Shown here: piece by piece, positions 52,902-64,000 of the stretch
Numbering within the stretch: the first letter of the stretch is position 1
Layout: every line of letters starts with the position of its first letter
NCBI GenBank assembly: GCA_022813865.1
Contig: JALDZX010000002.1
Span: 248,001-312,000, forward strand
Reading direction: 5' to 3'
DNA length: 64,000 nt
Origin: Xylographa opegraphella
Lineage: Eukaryota
Program-made: the position numbers and the translations under genes
Notes under the pieces: generated by a model
What the model was told of the DNA's origin: nothing
Database searches by the model: none
What the model saw: only the letters and a program-made list of their open reading frames with translations

Positions 52902-53204
52902 TTACAACTCCGCCCCCATCCTGCTGAATCTCCTCCTCGTTCGCCACGTTTCTGGATCTCGCTTCTCAGTATGGATATATAGATCTCGCTCTCCCAGTTC
53001 GGCTTCAGTCCCCGGATCAGCAATATCATCCGGCGCGGCTGGATCTTCGCGAGAAAGGACATGATGCACAACGACGTGCATTACATCAGGCTCTGCGTAA
53101 GGATCGCGAGCAAAGATGTCGCGGCTGCTGTAGCGAGCAGGACGAGCGGCGCCTAGCCCGATCAAGGAGAGGACGAAGACGAGAAGGGCACTGGGGACAT
53201 GCAT
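52902..53204 (-). CDS. Small secreted protein / peptide precursor
   Basis: ATG, hydrophobic signal peptide ending LGAA, repeated R-D junctions and a KR site; a 3' intron cannot be excluded. Confidence 0.65.
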   Translation of the reverse strand: MHVPSALLVFVLSLIGLGAARPARYSSRDIFARDPYAEPDVMHVVVHHVLSREDPAAPDDIADPGTEAELGERDLYIHTEKRDPETWRTRRRFSRMGAEL

Positions 53205-54069
53205 CTTGGAACGAAATCAGATGACGGTCGAAGTCGGATGCAGAGATGGTTGTCAAGTTATGAAGGAATGTTGATATAGAGATGGTGGACCGAATCTGGA
53301 CTCGATAGCATGGCAATGGTTCTATAGCTGAACTTAAATGTAGGTAGTCAGACGTAAGGGACAGCAGCATAGAAGACTTTTGTAGTCTACGTGCATGTTG
53401 GTGGCTATGCAGAAGGATTTGGCAGATACAGAGAAACCAACAAAACACGCCGCAGTGTTCCAACAACAATCCGAGTAGCCTCTAGTGGCTTTAATGCAGC
53501 GCTTTTAGGACATCAGGAATAGGTCCAGACGACCATAAGATCATTAACAAATCAAGGGGAGATATTGCTGAGATCAGTTGCAACCGGCTTCGTATTGAAA
53601 TACACATCTCGATTGCTCCAAGCAACGGTCAGTTGAAGAGGATATGGATACGCAGACAAACGTGAAAATACCCTGATCCTAGATATGACTATAGCGACGA
53701 GCGATGATTCAAAATGCGTCTGTCAATGTAGAACAACGAAATATGTATTGAGATGAGTGTCTACCAGCACGAAGGCGAGCATGAGCCATTTCAGTCCAAA
53801 CACCCAATGATTGTGATTAGGGAGTGATTTTAGGGATTGCTTTTACCTGACTACCTAATCAGTGCTCGATACTGCCCACTAAATCTCCTAAGTCGTCCCG
53901 CGGGCTCCTAATCGCGCCTAAGGCCCCTCGACCCTATGGCGATAAGCCCACATGCTTGACAGTGGCTCGAGTGGGTAAGTACCTACCCCTCCCCACTTGA
54001 CGGAGGCACCATCGAGAGGGATCGTGGCATTGCACAAGTTCAACACGTACAATGCTCCATTTCAGTACA

Positions 54070-55982
54070 ATGCTACCTCCTTTCGACTTTTTCGAGCACC
54101 GGCGTGCCTGGTCTGCAGTCCTAACCCTCCCAATCCTCCGTCAGATATTGACTGACCTTCATTCATAGCCAGCGTAAACAGACCGAACGCGCAACCAGAA
54201 TTGCCAGCCTTCCCTCCGCTTATTTGACTCCAGTATCCTCAAGGGAGCGGACAATTCTCCAAGAGCCTATCGAAAGCCTCGTTCGGGATGTACACAGTGG
54301 CAGCCTCAAACCAATTGATATCCTATGGACATATGGAAAGCTTGCCATTAGAGCTCATGAGAAGACCAATTGTCTTACTGAGGTCATGCTTCCAGAAGCG
54401 GAGGAATGGGCAGAGCAGGAGGTCAATCTAAAGGGGCCTCTGGCAGGCATCCCAATTTCGTTGAAAGATTCGATTGCTGTAAAGAATTTCGATGTCACCG
54501 TTGGATATTCCTGCAATACCGGGAAGCCATATGCTCAGGACGGTATAATGGTTAGGATACTGAAGGATGCCGGTCAGTCTGTTTTGGGGCTTTATGCTAC
54601 CCATAGCCAATACTAAATCTATATAGGAGCTATTCCGTACGTCAAGACCAACCTCCCAGTCACGCTTCTGTCCTTCGAGTCCACAAACGATGTTTGGGGA
54701 CGATGTACAAACCCGCACAACAAGAATTATTCACCGGGAGGTTCAACTGGTGGAGAAGGTGCGTTACTGGCCTACGGCGGTGGTCGGATAGGCATCGGCT
54801 CCGATGTGGCTGGATCAGTAAGGGCGCCCGCACATTTCAGTGGAATATACTCTCTGCGGTGCTCAACTGGTCGATGGCCCAAGATGGGCATGAATACCAG
54901 TATGCCAGGTCAAGAAGGCATCCCGAGCGTTTTTAGTCCCATGGCGCGCACTCTTGCAGACCTCGTTTACTTCTCGAAGAGCGTGATATCAATGAAACCC
55001 TGGAATTATGATCATAGCGTACACCCGATCGAGTGGAGAGAGGATCAAGAACTTGATGCGAAACAGAAGGAAAAGTTCAGAGTAGGTGTTATGCGGACTG
55101 ACGGTATGCTGCGTGAATCTCATTTATGCACCGATACTAATAGCCACAAGGAGTCGTTGACCCAGCACCCGCATGTGCTCGAGCACTGGAGCAGGTAATT
55201 GCAGCTTTACGAGCGGAAGGCCATGAGGTCGTAGATGTCAGCCCGCCTTCCCCCTACGAAGCACTCGTGATTGCATCTACATTACTGAACTCTGATGGTT
55301 GCAAAACATTCCGCTCCTTTTTCCGTACAGGCGAGTGGGACGATCCAGGAGCCGCGCAAATGAATTTCTACATGAAAATGCCTCGCCCGCTCAAGTATGT
55401 CTACTACCTGTGGGTCAAGTACATTCGCCGCGACGATATATGGGCCGGTCTCCTTCTTAATTGGCATCAAAAAAGCGCGTTCGAGCAATGGAAATGGGTA
55501 GCTAAGCGGGAAGCATATAAAGCTCGATGGCACGACTGGTGGCAGAACGAAGCAAAGCTCGACTTTATGCTCACTCCACCAAATGCCACCCCAGCCGTTC
55601 CACATGATGGGATGAAGGATGCTGTTAGCAGCTGCGGTTACACCTTCTTGTTCAATCTAGTAAGTCCTCTGCCTCCTTTTCTTACCGATACTCTAATACT
55701 AACATACCCTCTCAGCTTGACTATACCTGCGGCATAATTCCCGTCACACATGTGGATAAAACCCAAGATCAACTACCATCAAACTTCCGCTTCCGCGATC
55801 TGAACGGTGTGGCTCAAGGTGCCTACAAACACTACAATGCCGACGCTATGCACGGTCTTCCCGTCGCGGTACAAGTCGTTGGGCAGCGACTACAAGAAGA
55901 AAAGGTGCTCGCGATCATGACACGTATCGAAGAGGCATTAGATCAGCATGGTGGGCGATACGAGCTTCTCGCGATCGAATAA
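54070..55982 (+). CDS. Amidase-signature family enzyme (acetamidase/FAAH-like)
   Basis: GPLAGIPISLKD, YVKTNLP, SPGGSTGGEG, IGSDVAGSVRAPAHF, GLPVAVQVVG; four introns. Confidence 0.93.
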
Positions 55983-56297
55983 GTTTGATTCCTATCAAGA
56001 CGCCTCAGGCAGCACAATACCGTGTTTCTCCCGTGGCTCTTTTGTGTAAACGATCCTGGAACTGCTTTTGCTTCAGATATCATTATCCAAATCCAAAGCA
56101 CAGTGCCAGTCTCAGTTGCAATGTTCTCATCGCCTCCTCGCGGCTCGCTTGCCCGGCGGGCTTTTCGTTTAAATTACATCTCTTTAATATACGTTCTGGT
56201 CTACCCGTGGCTGCGGGACTGACAGCTTCATCAAATCCTGCCTCCCTAGCCGTGGCAACATTGGACCCCTCCTGCTCTTTCCGTCTTCGTCTTCGCA

Positions 56298-56735
56298 TCA
56301 ACCGTCCTGTTTCCGGCTCAACTCGGCCCGATCCGTCTTTCCCAACAGCCGCCGCCGTTGTGTTCCCAAGCTATCCCGGTGCTCCAGGTGACCTGCGAGC
56401 TTACGCTCCAGTTTCGCTGCAGTTTTGGTGCGTGTCCCTTTGTCAGACGCCAATTGCGCCTCGAGCGCTTTGATCTTCTCGATGGCGATCGACAGTTGGT
56501 GGAAATTGGCAGCCAGCTGGTTGTGTAGGCCCAGCAAGTTGGCTTCAGCTGCGCTGGTGGGTACATCACTGACAGGGTAGGACGTGGAGGCTGGGTTTAT
56601 CGTCTCGGGGGCAAGATCCCACGCTGGGGAGCTCATCTCAAGGTGTGGTGCGGAGGCGGTGCGGCGAAGGGGTGGTTGGTCCATTTGGAAGAAGGGGGTG
56701 GAAGCGGTGCGACGGAGGAGAGAATGGTCAGACAT
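56298..56735 (-). CDS. Hypothetical protein with duplicated LRRTASxP motif and short coiled coil
   Basis: ATG 56735; internal repeat LRRTASTP / LRRTASAP; LSIAIEKIKALEAQL heptads. Confidence 0.5.
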   Translation of the reverse strand: MSDHSLLRRTASTPFFQMDQPPLRRTASAPHLEMSSPAWDLAPETINPASTSYPVSDVPTSAAEANLLGLHNQLAANFHQLSIAIEKIKALEAQLASDKGTRTKTAAKLERKLAGHLEHRDSLGTQRRRLLGKTDRAELSRKQDG

Positions 56736-57356
56736 AACTGTGTGATGTGGTCTTGGAGTTCGGATTTGATGATCGTAATGATAAGGTCCTGTTATGTGCT
56801 GCACCGTTAGTGTGGAGGTGTGTCGATTGGGATAGCGGTAGGAAATATCAACGGCACACACTCACGGGATGCAAACGAGGTTTTTTTTCTATTGAATCTA
56901 TGCTCGAACGATTGCAGAATGACATACCTTGTTGCAGGACAGGTGTGGTTGATGGAGGAGAACGAGGGCTCCGGCGCGCGAGAAGGTTCAGCCGGGTGTT
57001 GAGGCCGGAGCGGTGCTAGGCTACATGGGGCGGTGGGACAACGAATTCACTCGCAAGGACATTCGATGAACGTGCTACGGGTATGAATGAGGGTACTCTC
57101 CGTTCATATATAAACTCAAGTCTATAAGTAAATCCGAAATATATGGTTATTCATTTGTAGTTCGTTCGCGAAACGCTGGGGATGTAGATTGCGAGATAGG
57201 AGATCCACCACCCGAGCCTGACCAGCTTAGCTGCCAACAAAGATCGGGGAATAAAATAGAATGCGGGGGACGGATTTAAGCGCCAAATGCTCGACGCCCA
57301 CAGATAAGGAAATATATGCAGGATTCAATAGATTGATACCTCGTCAATGTGCATCC

Positions 57357-60300
57357 TTACCAGGACCCAGATGTCGCCATGTAGTCTAGCGGCATGTTGT
57401 TTGTGAACGGATCGCCCATAAACATGTGGATCAGGTCGGCTTCCTCAGCGAAGGGTTGGCCGATGGCCTGCTCCAGGCCTATGTCCATCTCCATCGTCAT
57501 GCCTTGATACATAGGATCGACGTTGGCGGCGGACTGAGCAGATTCTGAATAACCAGACTGATTTAGGTAATAGCTTTCGTTCCAAGGCACATAAGGCTGT
57601 GGGGCTGTGCCGGGTGCGGAAGGTACCTGAGAATAGGTTGAGTGACTGTTGTTGTTGTTGTTATTGTTGTTGTACCAACCGTCGCCAGTTCCGGTGGTGG
57701 AAAGATGGTATGCCGAAGCGGAGGTATCGCTGGTGGCTACGTGACTTAGAAGATCCAAAGGTGTACTGCCAGCTTGTAATGGTGGGCAATTGTATCGTTG
57801 ATATTGGTGAGATGATTCTTGTTGCTGCGGTAAAGAAGACAAAGGTTGTTGCTTCTCGTCTGGGTTGTCCGGCATCGTTATAGATGGTGTGCGCACTTTC
57901 AATCCATCTCGGGGAGTAGTCGGGCCTGAAGATTTGTCCGTTGTTGGAATTGAAATTTTTCTATATCCTGACCCCGGTGTTCTCCGTCCTGTGTCTACGG
58001 GTCGAGCCTCGAGCTTAAAATTCTGCGTCCTGACTTCAACGCGTTTCAGTGAACTTTGGCAATTGTTCTGCCGCTTGAACCATATCATTATCATCCTTAA
58101 GGCAAGCTGAAAGTTCTGGGCCGGCCGGGATTTTTCATCTGCTGCAGCTCGTTGCATCAAAGTAAGTAGCCGTGAAATGTAGCCCTCAACATCCATATGT
58201 CTAGTAGGAATAACTCTGCCGATCTCCGAATCTGTTTTCGTAGCGGCACGGTGGAGCCGGACAAGGCATACCACGGCATATGCTATTCGAAGAAAGTGGA
58301 ACGTGGGAATCGTCTGGACATCTTGGATTGAAAACCCTAAGAATATATCCAAAACTCGGTGAATAGATTTTAAGCATTCCCTCACGGCCCCGGGTTCAGC
58401 CGGTTTAGGAAGAGTCGAACCAACGGACGACTCGTTGACATCTGTGAGACCGTTTGTGCCATCCAGACCCTCAACATTGTATCTATGCCGCACATCGATC
58501 TGATGTAGATGCATATCAGAGACGGAGAAAGCTAACGTCAACAAACCTGAAAACATCGTCAGTCCATGTCTCCGCGCCACTGTTGACATATGGTGGATTG
58601 GTTTGCGAGAGCTGATATACTTACGGAAGTCAAATTCTTTTGGCTTCTCTGTCAACCAATCATCCAATCGTTTTCGAAACGACATTATCTCAACGGAAGA
58701 GTCCGGATTGTGTGAGAGCGTAGTGAGGTACTTATTCTCAGTCTCAAATCGTATGACAATATCATCCTTGATTCTCTGAAGCTTGGCAGCAAGCGAAAGC
58801 AATTTGTCGGATGACATTGCTTCGGAAGAGGTCTCTAGGACATGAACACAATCATCCAGGTAGGGACTCCAGGGAATAAAATTGGCCTGCTTGAGGCCCA
58901 ATGCAGTTCTACCATATTTTCCGTTAGCTTTAAGTCGGGAACCACTGTTCAAGTGAATTTGATTGCAGCTGCGGAGATAACTCACATCCCGCCAAGTAGA
59001 AAGCAGGCAAGCCACGCCCGATAATTATCAACAGCAGTTTTATCTATCGCAGAGCTTCTCGGATGCATATTTTCTCTCCATCCATTTATAGAAAGGCCTG
59101 CGAGAGACCTCCTCTTTTGCGATAATCCCAGAGCAATCGCCATACTGACCGCCATGTTGACAAAAAGATATGGTTTTGCGTCTCTGTAATCCTCAGGTAT
59201 GTACCATATAGTTGATACTTGTAGAGCCTGCACGAGTTCCAGAGACTTCTCGCCCCTGCATATAATGGACTCCGCGTATACTCTGGTAATCTCCCGTAAC
59301 AGTGTCTTCTGAGTCTTCGGGTATTCATGATATGATGCAACACTGAGAATTGCTAAAAAGAGAATAGGTTTAGTCCTACGCACTTCGCCAGCCATGATAT
59401 TCTCTGGGAAAACGACAGCAGGCATATGCGGCGCCATCCTGCTCTTATAATGATCAAAAATTGTTGTAGCGGCTTCGGCATCAATGATCTTGCGATCAAC
59501 GACATCCGCGTATTCGTGGCCCGGAGTAGGAGGGCCTCTCAACGGAACTTGGGTTGATGGTCGGTTTGACGCAGGCAAGTAGCACTCTTTATGACTGTCA
59601 ACGTATGCTTCTATCGGCTTCTTCGACATTGGCCCACTTTCTCCGCTTCTGGTCTTTGATACCTTTTCAGGCCGAGTGCTGTCATCCGTATCTCGATTGA
59701 ACTGCCATGCTCTCTTAGTATTGGGCCTCGAGGAGCTTGGAGACGTCGCAATCGGAACATCTCCATGAGGAAGCCTTGTTGAGGAGACCTTGATACCCGG
59801 AAGCAATTGGTCCTCGCTGTCATGAGTGTACGTTGCAGAAGTATTCTGTCTCGGTTCTTCATCAGAACTATCACCATCGCTCTCGCTCGAGACTTGATTC
59901 TTGGTCGCTTGTAGACTTGCTGTAAGAGCATCTATCTTCTTTTCCAGCTCAGCAACTCTAGTGTCGGTCTTCTTTTGTCTCTTCCGTGTGGGTAATGTAA
60001 CAACGCACTGGCGGCCCGCTTTTGCACACCTCCTGCATGTACCACTCGTAGGATCTGGCACGCATCGTACCTTGAGACCGCGGCATGCTTCACAAGCTCG
60101 TGGCCTCTTTATCTCATCTTTGCGATCGCTACTGATTTGTGGGAGGACAGCCAGAGGTGGGACGTTCTCCACAGGTGTCAATTGCCTCCGTGGCAAGATG
60201 TCGGGGGGTGCTGAATCGTGCTGTATGGCATAATAAGGGTGGTTGGCCTCATGAAGGAGAGGTGGCAGCCCAGAACTATGGTTCTGAGGTGGAGGCAGCC

Positions 60301-60421
60301 GGATAGGATTGAGCGTGTAAGATGTGGAAGCAAGCCTGTAAGCATCGGACGCCTTACTTGCGCGTGTATCCAGTGACCCAGCAGTCGTAGATGCTTCTCG
60401 TAAACGGGGGTCAATATCCAT
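57357..60421 (-). CDS. Zn(II)2Cys6 fungal transcription factor
   Basis: RACEACRGLKVRC..CRRCAKAGRQC cluster, VAELEKKIDAL coil, middle homology region; at least two introns (near 58980 and 58620); poly-Asn tract. Confidence 0.93.
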
Positions 60422-61486
60422 AGTAGCGGAAGTCGGCGATAGAAGTTCCGCGACGGCGCCGACAAGATGCGACTGCCTGCCTGATCTCTCGACACGACGA
60501 CCACGTAGGGCAGCCCAGGAACAGCACAAGGTAAACCAATGCTCTCACCATTGATTGCGATTTGGGGGAAGACAAGCTCCTTCTCGGTCTAACATTGTGT
60601 GGAACAAGGGCGGTCAGCGAGATATGAACAATTGGGTGTTCCACACATGCTCTTCGCTACTGTGGGCCCCATAATTGGCCCTGGGACTATTCTAGGTCCT
60701 GGAACAGGCCCACACCAACTCGCGTGGAATGTCCCGTTCAACAGAACAGCTTTGGATGAATCTACTTGTACGGGTAATTGCTGGCTCGAGGAAGCCGCAA
60801 CGGTTAGATACCATGCAGCTAGATCCTTGGGGGATGGGAGTAAGTATGTTCGTCATACCTCAGGCCCAGATAGCGGACAAGGTATCTACCTCTCGATATT
60901 CAAACGTGCCGCGGAGCTAAGCTTTGGAGGAACATGCACGGATATTATCATAGCAGAAGGGACGAAGCATGTCCAATCATCCACAGCTGCAGGACAATAT
61001 AGCTGAGTGGTAGACCAGGGCTCCCATATTCACTGCATGACCCGCAATCTCGCAGTCGTGGTTAAGGAGAACCTCAAAGGTGAGCCTCGAAGCAGCTTCT
61101 GGCAGACTAAGGCCATTAATGCGGTCTGCATGCCGCTGCTATCGACCTTGCACGTCCAGTCAATCGAGAAAAAGGTCTTGTGGTTGACTTGAATCAGATT
61201 CATGTCATTTCTTCCGTAAGGATCATACTACCTATTGCGTCGTCCGCTATATGCAGTTCTCCTTAAAGGTTCTGTTCATCAATCATCAACGAGAAACTAG
61301 CAAGATAATGGTTTGAAATTGAAAAACATCTACCACATGGTAAATGCATGCAGGGATTGTCTAAACTACTGCAAGTATCGTAGACATGCCGTCTAACCCA
61401 GGTCATGTGTTCCCTCATTTCGTATTCCGCATAGCTTCAAGATATCTGTCGTTCTGTTGGACAACCTTTCTTGATCCTGTTACACC

Positions 61487-62458
<972 letters not shown>

Positions 62459-62915
62459 GTTGAAGAAACGATATCAGGTGGTGATGCGAAGAGTGCGCTA
62501 TGATAAAGATAGTGTCAGTTGAGGAATGACGATATGACCGTTTGCCATGCACATTCTGCGACAACTCACCACGGTTTCCTTGCTTCCAGATAACGTTTTG
62601 ATCAAGATATCGGTCTTGAAAATAGGACACAGCGGCGTAAGAACAACAAATTTTTGAAGGTCGTCGACGTTTCCATAGCGCCATATATGCTTAGTCAGCA
62701 GCCCTACCCACCTCTTTTGCCTTGATATACCTTATGTTGAGTCAGATACTTCTCTATCATTTCTACCGTTATTTCTACCACTATTTTCAGAGCACTCAAT
62801 CAGGACATGTATGCAGAGTTGAAGACTCATTGGATAATGTCTTGAAGCCATGAGAAACCCCGGATTCGTCCATCACATTACATCTGCTATTCCCCCACTT
62901 CACCTCAACAGGAAG

Positions 62916-63802
62916 CTAGGTAGGCAGTAGGTGACAACCCAATAGACCTCGCCCGCCCCAGTCGCTACGAGGAATCAGCTGTAATTGGAGCTCCTCCCTT
63001 GTGTCATTGGCTGCGTCATATCGCAGGACTTTCACCACAATACTCCGCTTCAAGCATTGTCAGCCAATGCTCAAGATATACGCAAATTCCCATCTACTCA
63101 CGCCCTGATTTCTTTGCACGGTTTCCGCAACTCTGGCGAGCTTTTCGTGATTCATCCAGCTTATGTCTCCAAATTGCCTGATCTCATCCCCAGCCTTCAA
63201 ACCTGCGCTATCGGCAGGGCTTCCGGTGACTACGCTATTGACTTTGGCAAATGGCACTCCTATATGCTCGGAAACTGCTCCAGAAGGAATCCTGGATGGA
63301 TCAGACACTTGTGATGGGCTTGTTGATGTTAAATTTGGGGTCAGCTGTGCTGCCGAAGCATGATGTGCATGTAAACCGGCCTCTATCTGAGACATGAGGC
63401 CCTTGTAGTCATTTCGTAGATGTATTATACGAGCTCTTGTAGTACGTACTATGCATCGTCGGTTTCCAAAAGTACGAAGATGTTGGATAGTCACGCACTT
63501 TGGGCAATATCCAGATCATTTCTCGGAAAACCGTCAAACGTGGTCAGGCCCGTGTTCATGTTGACGCCATGCTAAAAAGAAATATTAGCCACTGTGCCTA
63601 AGTTTCAGTGGTCTAAAGCACGTTGCTGTACTGAATCTAGAACGCTACTCAGAGCACTGAGCTCACTCTCCATCCGCTCCTTATCCAAGATGAGATCCAT
63701 AAGCTGTACCTTGCCATGGGGAGCTTTGTATGTTCCGTTCAAGGTGGAGGTAGGACCCGAAGGAACAGTTGGAGTATGTATGTCATCCATCCTGAGGCCC
63801 AT
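62916..63802 (-). CDS. NAS2: 26S proteasome base assembly chaperone (Nas2/PSMD9, PDZ-like)
   Basis: MGLRMDDIH..ELSALSSVLDS..DGFPRNDLDI..RTTRARII..PFAKVNSVVTGSPADSAGLKAGD..WGGRGLLGCHLLP. Confidence 0.92.
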
Positions 63803-64000
63803 CTTCCTCATTCAGTCTGAAGGAATCATGTTGTGCAGAGTTTGGGCAGCCAGCCGAGCCAACCAAGCCCGGGAAACACTAGCGTGCCTGGCTCAGGCCA
63901 GCCTATACTCCGTATTTCGTGACGGAAAACAACGCTCTTTCACGCGCATCTGACAAGAGTGCCAGAGCCGTGTGTGCCATAGGCCGACTATTGAAACAGA

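Noticed and set aside
52902..60421. Peptide precursor + amidase + Zn2Cys6 factor as a RiPP or secondary-metabolite cluster
   Set aside because: No DUF3328, tailoring oxidase, transporter or backbone synthase; neighbours are ordinary conserved genes
61000..61100. TAGCTGAGTGGTAGA resembling a tRNA D-arm / Pol III A-box
   Set aside because: No GTTCRA B-box, acceptor stem or cloverleaf could be built

Overview
Gene-dense genomic window from a filamentous ascomycete (Pezizomycotina-type gene content; short GT-AG introns with CTRAY branch points). About 28 protein-coding loci, mostly housekeeping: LYS1 (3' end), trifunctional HIS4, an Ino4-like bHLH, a BTB protein, Maf, a MARVEL protein, YNG2, HOS2, OSH6/7, GIG1/DUF3605, SmG, U2AF1, VMA10, PET117, an SDR, UGP1, a LicD/MNN4-type transferase, tricalbin, an amidase, a Zn2Cys6 factor, Ran and NAS2. 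There are also several orphans, one dispersed 5S rRNA gene, microsatellites and a 17-N assembly gap. PET117 and VMA10 are absent from the ORF track, and SmG and Ran appear only in fragments; all four were assembled by hand from splice signals. No intact transposon, biosynthetic cluster or CRISPR array was seen. The best candidate for something undescribed is a densely base-paired, sense-strand RNA element in the 432-nt first coding intron of UGP1, just upstream of an in-frame alternative ATG. Other leads: an overlapping upstream ORF on the OSH gene, a Kex2/Ste13-type secreted peptide precursor, an APH-family pseudokinase, and recurring C-rich to G-rich strand-skew switches. All structures and identities were read by eye; no searches or folding programs were run.
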